From positions 134,370 to 198,369 of the forward strand of contig NZ_JALHPR010000005.1 in assembly GCF_022842375.1 (NCBI RefSeq): a DNA stretch of 64,000 nt. Reading direction: 5' to 3'. Position 1 is the stretch's first letter. Every line of letters begins with the position of its first letter. This document shows positions 8,536 through 17,004 of this stretch, in pieces. A program made the position numbers and the translations under genes. Source of the DNA: Elioraea sp. (GTDB taxonomy: Bacteria; Pseudomonadota; Alphaproteobacteria; Acetobacterales; Acetobacteraceae). The notes beneath the pieces were generated by a model. That model was given only the letters and a program-made list of their open reading frames with translations. It had not been told where the DNA came from and made no database searches.

Positions 8536-9119
8536 GAGTCTGCCGCATCGCGCCAGGCGAATGGCTCTCCTCCTTCGATCAGCACGTGGCTTGCCTGCTC
8601 TGGCCATGGCCGCGCCGGGCCCTCCCCGAGGCCGGGGTGGAGCAGGATCCGCCGCAGCCCGAGCGATAGCGCGATCGTTGCCGCATCGTCCGAGACGGCG
8701 CAGGCGATCGGCGCCATTCCATGCTCGGCGAAACGCAGCAGCATGCGGAACTCGGCTTCCGCGCGCATGCCAACCGAGGCCAGCGCCGCTGACGTCTCGG
8801 GACCGAAGAACTGGATCGTCGGGAAGTTCACCACCTCGGTAATGCCAGCTTCTGCCAACGCCGCCGCGACATCAGCGACGCGGAGGAAGGGGTCGCTTGC
8901 GAACACGCCCGCCACGGGTGCGCCCGCCCGCAGCCGGGCCCGCCCACGGCAGGCGGCAAGCAGGGCGCCGTTGATGTCGAGCACGGGCAGCAGCGCGACG
9001 AGGGGCCACCGCGCCGGCGGAAACTGCGCGAGCGCCGGCAGGAACACCCCGTCGCGCCGACGCTCGGGCCTGACACCGGCGAGGGAGGCGAGGGGATGCA
9101 GGGTTCGCACCATACCCAA
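8499..9119 (-). CDS. Short PEP-hydrolase-like (TIM-barrel signal-transduction family) paralogue
   Basis: 206 aa. PVAGVFASDPFLRVADVAAALAEAGITEVVNFPTIQFFGPETSAALASVGMRAEAEFRMLLRFAEHG...ILLHPGLG aligns by eye with [12 protein letters not shown]...[36 protein letters not shown]...ILVPHLGLT of CDS 15206..16036. The start is TTG at 9119 or ATG at 9113. The last 37 nt overlap the convergent regulator gene. Confidence 0.55.
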   Translation of the reverse strand: MGMVRTLHPLASLAGVRPERRRDGVFLPALAQFPPARWPLVALLPVLDINGALLAACRGRARLRAGAPVAGVFASDPFLRVADVAAALAEAGITEVVNFPTIQFFGPETSAALASVGMRAEAEFRMLLRFAEHGMAPIACAVSDDAATIALSLGLRRILLHPGLGEGPARPWPEQASHVLIEGGEPFAWRDAADSQLSRPSRRIRL

Positions 9120-9160
9120 TATTACCCGTTAATGACGCGCAATCCACCTTGCGACGAGCA

Positions 9161-9174
9161 TGCCTGATCAGGCA
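9161..9174. promoter_or_regulatory. Perfect 14-bp palindrome TGCCTGATCAGGCA in the divergent promoter region
   Basis: Read directly from the sequence. It lies between the short paralogue (start 9113/9119, minus) and the first permease gene (9242, plus), and is a candidate operator. Confidence 0.3.
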
Positions 9175-9241
9175 CACCCATGGTGGGAGCGGCCAGCCGA
9201 ACAGATGCGGCCGAGGGAGACACAAGGGAGACGGGCCGGGG

Positions 9242-10117
9242 ATGGACCTCGCCGCGACCATCGTGCTGAACGGGCTCACGCTCGCTGCGCTTTATTTCAT
9301 CGTCGCGAGCGGCTTCTCGCTGATCTTCGGCCTCATGCGCGTGGTGAACATGGCGCATGGTACGCTCTATCTGGTTGCCGGCTATGTCGGCTACCGCGTC
9401 TTCGAGCCGCTCTATGACGCTGACGTCTGGTGGGCATGGTATGCCGGGCTCGCGGCCGGCATTGTCGCGGCGGCGGTGGCCGGCGCCCTGTTGCAATGGG
9501 TGCTGCTGTCGTGGATGCAGGGCCAGGAACTGCGCCAGGCACTCGTCACGATCGGCGTCTCGATCATCGTGGCTGACCAGGTGCTGGCGATCTTCGGCGG
9601 CACGCCGCGGCAGTTCTTTGCCCCAGACGCGATCTTCGGTTCGACGCGCGTTCCCTTCGTCGGCGGCTACCCGACCTTCCGCCTCGTGCAGATCGGCATC
9701 GCGATCGCCGTCGGGATTGCGCTTTGGCTCGTCCTCAATCGCACGCGCCTCGGCATGATGATCCGCGCCGGTGTCGATGACCGCGAGATGCTCGGCGCCT
9801 GCGGGGTGAACGTGCCGCGCGTCGGCATCGCGGTGTTCGCGCTGGGCGCGGCGCTCTGCGGCCTCGGCGGCGTGATCGGCTCGACGGCACAGCCGCTCGC
9901 GCTTGGCCAGGACGGACGCTTCCTGCTCATCTCGCTCGTCGTCGTCATCGTCGGCGGCATGGGCTCGATCACCGGCACGGCGATCGGCGCGATCCTCGTC
10001 GGCCTTGCCGAGCAGATCGGCCAGGCGATGTTTCCGACCTACTCCGTCATCCTCACCTTCGTGATCATGGTGGCGGTGCTCGCGCTCCGGCCGCAGGGGA
10101 TCCTCGGCCGTGCGTAG
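9242..10117 (+). CDS. Branched-chain-amino-acid-type (LivH-like) ABC permease
   Basis: 291 aa from MDLAATIVLNGLTLAALYFIVASGFSLIFGLMRVVNMAHG, with AGGGAG upstream. It is the in-frame part of ORF 9149..10117. Confidence 0.85.
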   Translation: MDLAATIVLNGLTLAALYFIVASGFSLIFGLMRVVNMAHGTLYLVAGYVGYRVFEPLYDADVWWAWYAGLAAGIVAAAVAGALLQWVLLSWMQGQELRQALVTIGVSIIVADQVLAIFGGTPRQFFAPDAIFGSTRVPFVGGYPTFRLVQIGIAIAVGIALWLVLNRTRLGMMIRAGVDDREMLGACGVNVPRVGIAVFALGAALCGLGGVIGSTAQPLALGQDGRFLLISLVVVIVGGMGSITGTAIGAILVGLAEQIGQAMFPTYSVILTFVIMVAVLALRPQGILGRA

Positions 10118-11108
10118 CGCTGCCTTCCGCGCGATCGGTGCGCTGCTGCTCGTCGCAGCTCCCTTCCTGCTGCTCGTCGTGCTGCCGCAGAACCAGGCGC
10201 TGTTCTGGACGGCCAACGTGCTTGGCAGGGCGATCGTGTTCGGCATCATCGCGCTGTCGCTGAGCTTCCTCGCCACCTATGGCGGGTTCATCTCGCTCGC
10301 GCAGATGATGGTGGCGGGCTCGGCCGGCTACGCAGTCGCGATCCTGGTCGATGGTGCGGTGCCGACGATCGTGGGCGGCGTTCCCTATGCACTCGCGATG
10401 CCGATCGCGCTCGTCGTCGCCACGCTGATGGGGCTTCTCGTCGGCGCCGTGGCCGTACGCACGCGCGACATCTACCTGCTCATGATCACGCTCGCGGTGG
10501 CGATGGGCGTGTTCCGCTTCGTCGAGACCAACATTGCTTGGTTCAACGGCTACGAGGGCATCCGCAATGTCGTGGGGCCGCAGCTGTTCGGCACGGATTT
10601 CCGGAATCCGTACGTATTCTATTACGTCTCGCTCGTGGTCGCCGCGCTGCTCTATGGCGGCGTCCTCTACCTCGTGCGGACACCGTTCGGGCTCGTGCTC
10701 CAGGGCATCCGCGACAATGACAGGCGTGTCGCTGCACTCGGCTACTCGGTGAAGCTTCACCGCATCGCCGCGTTCGGCGTCGCCGGCTTCATCGCAGGCG
10801 CTGGCGGGGTGCTGGCAACGATCTACAACATCGGCATCTCACCCGGCACCATCGGGCTTGGGCCGACGGTGAACGTGCTGATCATGAGCGTGATCGGCGG
10901 GCTCGGCCATCCAGCCGGCGCCTTCATCGGCTCGCTGATCTTCACTGTGTTCGACACCTTCGCGGCCAACATCTACGACCGCGACCGCTTCAATACGCTG
11001 ATCGGCCTCGTGTTCCTGGTGATCGTGCTCGTCTCTCCCGACGGCATGGTCGGTCTTGGCACGCGGCTCCGCAGCCTGCTCGGGGCACGCCGTGCGCCAC
11101 AGCCCTGA
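10110..11108 (+). CDS. LivM-like ABC permease
   Basis: 332 aa, multi-TM, with typical ..SLSFLATYGGFISLAQ.. and ..RVAALGYSVKLHRIAAF.. segments. The GTG start overlaps the upstream stop by 8 nt. Confidence 0.85.
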   Translation: MRSAAFRAIGALLLVAAPFLLLVVLPQNQALFWTANVLGRAIVFGIIALSLSFLATYGGFISLAQMMVAGSAGYAVAILVDGAVPTIVGGVPYALAMPIALVVATLMGLLVGAVAVRTRDIYLLMITLAVAMGVFRFVETNIAWFNGYEGIRNVVGPQLFGTDFRNPYVFYYVSLVVAALLYGGVLYLVRTPFGLVLQGIRDNDRRVAALGYSVKLHRIAAFGVAGFIAGAGGVLATIYNIGISPGTIGLGPTVNVLIMSVIGGLGHPAGAFIGSLIFTVFDTFAANIYDRDRFNTLIGLVFLVIVLVSPDGMVGLGTRLRSLLGARRAPQP

Positions 11109-11177
11109 GGAGCGAGGCCCCCGGCACGGTGCCGGACGCGCCACCAACGAAAATCAACACAAAACAGGAGGAACATC

Positions 11178-12461
11178 ATGACGACGACACTCACGCGCCG
11201 GCGCGCCCTGCTCGGCACGGCAGGCATTGCAGCGGGGCTGGCAACGCCGCTTGCGGCCCCCGCGATCGCACAAGGAGCGCCCATCCGGCTCGGCGGGTTG
11301 ACCACGCTCGAAGGCCCCTTCGCAACGGGTGGCCAGGATGCCTTCCGCACCGTTCAAATGGAATTGGAGCGGATCAACTACACGGTCGGCGGCCGCAGGA
11401 TCGAGTTCATCCGCGAGAGCTCGAACGCACAGGCCGATGTCGCGCTGGCGCGTGCACGCAAGCTGATCGAGCAGGATAACGCCGACATCATCCTCGGGCC
11501 CCTCTCGGGTGCAGAGGGCATTGCGCTGCGCGACTATTCGCGCACGCTTACCGGGCGGACGATCGTCAATGGCAGTTCCGGGGCGTCCGACACGACGCTG
11601 CGCAACCCTTCGCCGAACTTCTTCCGCTTCTCCACCGATGGTACCCAGTGGATGGCCGGTCTCGGCCGTTACGTGTACGAGACGCTCGGCGTGCGCGAGG
11701 TCGCGGTGACCGCCGGTGACTACGCCTTTCCGTACGCTCAGGTGTTCGGCTTCAACATCGAGTTCTGCCGGCTCGGCGGCCGAGTCACGCAATACTGGGC
11801 GCCGCTCGGCACGACGGATTTCGGCGCGCAGATCGCACAGATCAACCGCTCCAGCGCCGGCGCGCTCGTAATCGTGCATGGCGGAACCGACGGGCTCGCC
11901 TTCATGACGCAGTATGCCCAGGCGGGCGGGCAGAAGCCGCTCATCGCCGGCTCGATCATGGCTGACCAGACGATGCTCGCCGCACGCGGCCCGCATCGGC
12001 GCGTGATGGTCGGCATGGTCTCCGGCGGCCCGATCGCGGATGTGATCGACGATCCCGATTGGCGCGAGTTCGTCGAGCGCTACCGCCGCCGTTGGCTGAA
12101 CGAGGGCGGGTTCCCGTCACCCTCGATCCACGCGGTCAACTACGCCACGAACCTCTGGGGCATCCTGAAGGCGCTGGAGGCCGTCCGCGGCGATCTTTCG
12201 AACAACCAGCAGGCGTTCCAGCGCGCGCTCGCCGCCGCCGAGTTCAAGGCGCCCACGGGCGCAAACGTGAAGCTTGACCACAATCGCCAGGCCATCTCCG
12301 ACATCTTCCTCAATCGCGTCGAGGAGCGGGACGGTCGTGCGCAGGTGGTGGCCTTCGCCCGGGCCAATGCGGTGAACCAGACCCTCGGCCTGCCTGAGGC
12401 ACAGTTCCTCGCCCTCGGCGCGCCCTCGCGCGACAATGCGGGCTGCGTGCGCCCATCCTGA
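11178..12461 (+). CDS. Periplasmic substrate-binding protein, Leu/Ile/Val (type I PBP, amide/urea-like) family, Tat signal
   Basis: 427 aa with MTTTLTRRRALLGTAGIAAGLATPLAAPAIAQG and an AGGAGG RBS. IRLGGLTTLEGPFA..DIILGPLSGAEG is typical of the family. Confidence 0.85.
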   Translation: MTTTLTRRRALLGTAGIAAGLATPLAAPAIAQGAPIRLGGLTTLEGPFATGGQDAFRTVQMELERINYTVGGRRIEFIRESSNAQADVALARARKLIEQDNADIILGPLSGAEGIALRDYSRTLTGRTIVNGSSGASDTTLRNPSPNFFRFSTDGTQWMAGLGRYVYETLGVREVAVTAGDYAFPYAQVFGFNIEFCRLGGRVTQYWAPLGTTDFGAQIAQINRSSAGALVIVHGGTDGLAFMTQYAQAGGQKPLIAGSIMADQTMLAARGPHRRVMVGMVSGGPIADVIDDPDWREFVERYRRRWLNEGGFPSPSIHAVNYATNLWGILKALEAVRGDLSNNQQAFQRALAAAEFKAPTGANVKLDHNRQAISDIFLNRVEERDGRAQVVAFARANAVNQTLGLPEAQFLALGAPSRDNAGCVRPS

Positions 12462-12527
12462 CGGCCTGACCTGTACCAGCGGGGCCGGCGAACGCCGGCC
12501 CCGCCCCTTGTCCTGGACCCCATAACC

Positions 12528-13289
12528 GTGACAGTCCCTGCCCTCAGCCTGCGGAATGTCAGCCGTCGCTTCGGCGCGCTGCAGGCCGTGCGCGATGTCA
12601 GCTTCGACGTCATGCCGGGCGAGCGCCGGGCCGTGCTCGGCCCGAACGGGGCGGGCAAGACGACGCTGTTCAATACGATCTGCGGCGACTTCCCGCCGAG
12701 CGCAGGCAGCATCAGCCTGTTCGGCCGCGACATCGCCAGCGCAAGCGCGCATGAGCGCACGCGGCTCGGCATCGGCCGCACCTATCAGACATCGCTGCTG
12801 TTCAACGGGCTCACGGTCCTCGATAACCTGTTCATCGCCGTGCGCGGATTGATGCCCAACCGTTTCTCATTCCTTCGGCCGCGCCGCGATGACACCGCGA
12901 TGGCCAAGGCGCGCACCCTCGCTGACCGTTTCGGCCTTGCACCGCTGGTCGCCGAGAAGGTCGTCAATCTAAGCCACGGCCAGCGCCGGCAGCTCGAGAT
13001 CGGGATGGCGCTTGCCGGCGACCCGAAGCTCCTGATGCTCGACGAGCCGGCGGCCGGGCTTTCACCTGGCGATCGCCCGGGCCTGCTGGCGATGCTGCAC
13101 GCCCTGCCGCGCAGCGTCACGTTGATCCTGATCGAGCACGATATGGATATCGCGCTTCCCGCTGCGGACATCGTGACGGTGATGAAGGACGGCGAGGTCG
13201 TGGTCGAGGCGCCACCCGACAGGATTGAGGACAATCCGATCGTGCAGGCGATCTATCTCGGCAGCGGGCTGGCCGGGGGTGGGCACTGA
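12528..13289 (+). CDS. LivG-like ABC ATPase
   Basis: Walker A GPNGAGKTT, signature LSHGQRRQL, Walker B LLMLDEPAAG. The start is GTG. Confidence 0.85.
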   Translation: MTVPALSLRNVSRRFGALQAVRDVSFDVMPGERRAVLGPNGAGKTTLFNTICGDFPPSAGSISLFGRDIASASAHERTRLGIGRTYQTSLLFNGLTVLDNLFIAVRGLMPNRFSFLRPRRDDTAMAKARTLADRFGLAPLVAEKVVNLSHGQRRQLEIGMALAGDPKLLMLDEPAAGLSPGDRPGLLAMLHALPRSVTLILIEHDMDIALPAADIVTVMKDGEVVVEAPPDRIEDNPIVQAIYLGSGLAGGGH

Positions 13290-13996
13290 TGCTGTCGGTG
13301 ACCGACCTTCATGTCCGCTTCGGCGAGGCGCATATCCTGCAGGGCGTAAGCATCGCGGTTGGCCGAACGCCGCTGGCAATCGTCGGGCGCAACGGCATGG
13401 GCAAGACCACGCTCTGCCAGGCGATCATGGGCCTGGTGCGGTCGAGCGAGGGCGCGGTGACGCTCGCCGGAACACCGCTGACCGGCAAGCTTCCCTACCA
13501 GGTCGCGCGCAGCGGCGTCGCGCTCGTGCCGCAGGGGCGGCGCACCTTCCCTTCGCTCTCGGTGCATGAGCACCTGCTGCTGGTCGCTCGCACGCGGGAC
13601 GCGGCATGGACCATCGATCGTGTCTACGACACTTTCCCGCGTCTCGCCGAGCGGCGACGCAACGGCGGCACCGAGCTTTCGGGCGGGGAGCAGCAGATGC
13701 TCGCGATCGCGCGTGCGCTGCTGATGAACCCGACCCTCGTCATCATGGACGAGCCGAGCGAGGGGCTCGCGCCTGTGATCGTCGACCAACTGATCGGCGT
13801 GCTGCGCACGCTCGAGGGCGACGGGATGGGCCTCTTGCTCGTCGAGCAGAACCTCCGGGTCGCAACCGAAGTTGCGTCCGAGGTGTCGATCATGGTGACC
13901 GGCAGGATCGCCACGACCCTGCCTGCGCACGTGCTTGCTGCCGATACCGAGATCCAGCGCCGCTACCTGGGCGTCGCGGCTGGCGGACATCACTGA
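13289..13996 (+). CDS. LivF-like ABC ATPase
   Basis: Walker A GRNGMGKTT, signature LSGGEQQML, Walker B VIMDEPSEGL. The ATG overlaps the upstream TGA. Confidence 0.9.
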   Translation: MLSVTDLHVRFGEAHILQGVSIAVGRTPLAIVGRNGMGKTTLCQAIMGLVRSSEGAVTLAGTPLTGKLPYQVARSGVALVPQGRRTFPSLSVHEHLLLVARTRDAAWTIDRVYDTFPRLAERRRNGGTELSGGEQQMLAIARALLMNPTLVIMDEPSEGLAPVIVDQLIGVLRTLEGDGMGLLLVEQNLRVATEVASEVSIMVTGRIATTLPAHVLAADTEIQRRYLGVAAGGHH

Positions 13997-14007
13997 GGAG
14001 GAAGGCG

Positions 14008-15204
14008 ATGGCGAAGGTCTATGTCATCGGGACGATGGATACGAAGGGCGAGGAGCTTCGCTTCGCGGCATCATGTGTGCGCCGTGCTGGCGCAGAGCCC
14101 GTGCTCGTCGATGTCGGAACGAAAGGCGCAGGCGTGGGGGCGGATGTCACCGCGGCCGAGATCGCCGCCCATCACCCTGACGGCGCTGCCGCCGTGCTCG
14201 GCCTCAACGATCGCGGCGTTGCCGTTGCCGGCATGGCGGAGGCGCTGACGCGCTGGCTCGTTGCGCGCACCGATATCGGTGCCGTGCTCGGCCTCGGCGG
14301 TTCGGGCAACACTGCACTCGTGACGGCGGCGATGCGCGCGCTGCCCATCGGCGTGCCGAAGCTGATGGTCAGCACCGTCGCGTCGAGCAACGTCGCACCC
14401 TATGTCGGGCCGGCCGACATCGCGCTGATGTACTCGGTGGTCGACGTCGCCGGGATCAATGGAATCTCACGTCGCGTGCTCGCAAACGCGGCGCACGCCG
14501 CCGCCGGCATGGCAATGAACCACCCGCCCGCGGCAACTGAGGCCGAGAAGCCTGGCATCGGCCTTTCGATGTTCGGCGTCACGACGCCCTGCATCACGAT
14601 GCTGCGCGAGGTGCTCGAAGGGTCCTACGAGTGCTACGTGTTCCACGCCACGGGTGCCGGCGGGCAGAGCATGGAGAAACTCGCCGATTCGGGCCTCGTG
14701 TCGGCGCTGCTCGACATCACCACGACCGAGGTGCCCGATCATCTCTTCGGCGGCGTGTTTCCCTGCACCGAGGACAGGTTCGGCGCAGCGATCCGCACGA
14801 AGCTGCCCTATGTCGGCAGCGTGGGTGCCGTCGACATGGTGAATTTCGGTGCCAAGGAGACGGTGCCCGCCCATTACGCGGGCCGGACGCTCTACGTGCA
14901 CAATCCGCAGGTGACGCTGATGCGTACGACGCCGGAGGAGAACCGCGAGATCGGCGCGTTCATCGTCTCGCGGCTCAACCGCATGGAGGGGAAGGTGCGG
15001 TTCCTGCTGCCGCTTGGCGGCGTCTCGGCGATCGATGTGCCGGGCATGCCATTTCATGATCCGGAGGCAGATCGTGCGTTGTTCGACACGATCCGTTCGC
15101 ACTTCGTCACGACGCCCAATCGCCGGCTGATCGAGGTCGGAGCCGCCGTGAATGACCGCGCCTTCGTCGATGCCACCATCGCCGCCTTCAGGGAGATTGC
15201 CTGA
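14008..15204 (+). CDS. UPF0261 / Tm-1-like ATP-binding domain protein
   Basis: 398 aa from [37 protein letters not shown], inside ORF 13606..15204, with GAGGAGGAAG upstream. [31 protein letters not shown] matches my memory of UPF0261. Confidence 0.8.
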   Translation: MAKVYVIGTMDTKGEELRFAASCVRRAGAEPVLVDVGTKGAGVGADVTAAEIAAHHPDGAAAVLGLNDRGVAVAGMAEALTRWLVARTDIGAVLGLGGSGNTALVTAAMRALPIGVPKLMVSTVASSNVAPYVGPADIALMYSVVDVAGINGISRRVLANAAHAAAGMAMNHPPAATEAEKPGIGLSMFGVTTPCITMLREVLEGSYECYVFHATGAGGQSMEKLADSGLVSALLDITTTEVPDHLFGGVFPCTEDRFGAAIRTKLPYVGSVGAVDMVNFGAKETVPAHYAGRTLYVHNPQVTLMRTTPEENREIGAFIVSRLNRMEGKVRFLLPLGGVSAIDVPGMPFHDPEADRALFDTIRSHFVTTPNRRLIEVGAAVNDRAFVDATIAAFREIA

Positions 15205-15205
15205 G

Positions 15206-16036
15206 ATGCCCCGCTTCACGCGCGCCGTGCTGCTCGAGAGGTTCAATGCCATGGTAGCGCGCCGCGAGCCGATCATCGGCGGCGGCGCGGGAACGGGACT
15301 GTCGGCCAGGTGCGAGGAGGCCGGCGGGATCGACCTGATCGTCATCTACAATTCCGGCCGCTATCGCATGGCTGGGCGCGGATCGCTTGCCGGGCTTCTC
15401 GCCTACGGCAACGCGAACGAGATCGTGAAGGAGATGGCACGCGAGGTGCTGCCCGTCGTCAAGCGCACGCCAGTGATCGCCGGCGTGAACGGCACCGACC
15501 CGTTCGCGATCATGGATCACCTGCTGGATGAGCTGAAGGCGCTGGGCTTCGCCGGGGTGCAGAACTTCCCGACCGTCGGGCTGATCGACGGAACGTTCCG
15601 CGCCAATCTCGAGGAGACCGGCATGGGCTTCGGGCACGAGATCGACATGATCCGCCTCGCCAATGCGAAGGACATGCTCACCACGCCCTACGTGTTTAAC
15701 GCGGATGAGGCAGCCGAGATGGCAAAGGCGGGGGCCGACATCCTCGTGCCGCATCTCGGGCTTACCACGGGCGGAGCGATCGGCGCCCACACCGCACTGA
15801 AGCTCGAGGACTGCCCCGCCCTGATCGACGAGTGGGCGGAAGCCGCGCGCCGCGTGCGGCCGGACATCATCGTGCTCTGCCATGGCGGTCCGATCGCGAC
15901 ACCAGAGGATGCGTCCTACATCCTCCGCAACACGAAGAACATCAACGGCTTCTACGGCGCGTCATCGATGGAGCGGCTGCCGACCGAGATCGCGCTCACC
16001 GAACAGACGCGCAGCTTCAAGTCCATCAGTTTCTGA
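15206..16036 (+). CDS. Phosphoenolpyruvate-hydrolase-like TIM-barrel protein (usual partner of UPF0261)
   Basis: 276 aa from [34 protein letters not shown]. It starts 1 nt after the UPF0261 stop and contains [13 protein letters not shown] and [12 protein letters not shown]. Confidence 0.8.
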   Translation: MPRFTRAVLLERFNAMVARREPIIGGGAGTGLSARCEEAGGIDLIVIYNSGRYRMAGRGSLAGLLAYGNANEIVKEMAREVLPVVKRTPVIAGVNGTDPFAIMDHLLDELKALGFAGVQNFPTVGLIDGTFRANLEETGMGFGHEIDMIRLANAKDMLTTPYVFNADEAAEMAKAGADILVPHLGLTTGGAIGAHTALKLEDCPALIDEWAEAARRVRPDIIVLCHGGPIATPEDASYILRNTKNINGFYGASSMERLPTEIALTEQTRSFKSISF

Positions 16037-16046
16037 AGGAGCCACC

Positions 16047-16964
16047 ATGGCACGCGCCTATGCCTCCACCGTCCTCGACGCGCCGATCGAGACCGTCTGG
16101 GCAACGATCCGCGACTTCAACGGGCTGCCGTCATGGCACCCGGCGATCGCGCGGTCGGAGATCGAGGATGGGCTCGATGCAGACGCGGTCGGCTGCATCC
16201 GCCGCTTCTGGCTGCAGGATGGCACGATGGTGCGCGAGCGCCTGCTGTCGCTCGATGACCGGATGACGAGCTTCACCTACAATTTCGAAACGCCCGCCTT
16301 TCCGGTGAAGAACTACGTCGCGCGCATCCGGCTCATGCCCGTCACGAAGACCGATCAGACCTTCGCCGAGTGGGAAGCGAATTTCGACGAGGCGCCGGAG
16401 GACGAGGGCAAGTATGTCGATATCGTCTCGAACGGCGTGTTCCAGGGCGGGTGGGATGCGCTGAAGAAGGCGCTCATCGTCCGCGCCAAACCCGAGGGTG
16501 CGAGGCGCTGGGCGGGCTTCCCGCCGAACAAGGTCTGGTGCAGCACGGTGATCGACGCGCCGGCCACGAAGGTGTGGGGCGTGATCCGCGACTTTGCCGG
16601 CATGGGCGCGTGGCACGAGGCGATCACGAAGATGCACATGCTTGGCGGCGTCCGCAGCGACAAGGTGTCGGGTACGCGCGACTTCCTTTTCGGCGAGGGG
16701 CATCTCAACGAGAAGCTGCTGCATCTCGATGACAGCGAGATGAGCTTCTCCTACTGCATCACCAAGTGCGACATCCCGTGGATGAACTACATCAGTGGGC
16801 CGCGGCTCTGGCACGTCACGGACGGCAACCGCTGCTTCGGTGCGTGGACGGGCGACTGGATCGCCGCGCCGCAGGATGACGTTGCCCTGATCCCGCTCGC
16901 AACGAACGACGTCTACCTCAAGGCGTTCGACACCGTCGCGGAACGGATTTTCATGAGGGGCTGA
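16047..16964 (+). CDS. Tandem SRPBCC (START / polyketide-cyclase-like) double-domain protein
   Basis: 305 aa with an internal duplication visible by eye: STVLDAPIETVWATIRDFNGLPSWHPAI versus STVIDAPATKVWGVIRDFAGMGAWHEAI. It starts 10 nt after the upstream stop. Confidence 0.7.
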   Translation: MARAYASTVLDAPIETVWATIRDFNGLPSWHPAIARSEIEDGLDADAVGCIRRFWLQDGTMVRERLLSLDDRMTSFTYNFETPAFPVKNYVARIRLMPVTKTDQTFAEWEANFDEAPEDEGKYVDIVSNGVFQGGWDALKKALIVRAKPEGARRWAGFPPNKVWCSTVIDAPATKVWGVIRDFAGMGAWHEAITKMHMLGGVRSDKVSGTRDFLFGEGHLNEKLLHLDDSEMSFSYCITKCDIPWMNYISGPRLWHVTDGNRCFGAWTGDWIAAPQDDVALIPLATNDVYLKAFDTVAERIFMRG

Positions 16965-16970
16965 GAGAAA

Positions 16971-16998
16971 GGGGGGCGGCGCCACCACGCCACCCCCC
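16971..16998. terminator. Hairpin between convergent genes (possible bidirectional terminator)
   Basis: GGGGGGCGGCG-CCACCA-CGCCACCCCCC forms an 11-bp stem with one mismatch. It is flanked by GAGAGAAA, i.e. a U-rich tail on the minus-strand transcript. Confidence 0.5.
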
Positions 16999-17004
16999 TC
17001 ACCC

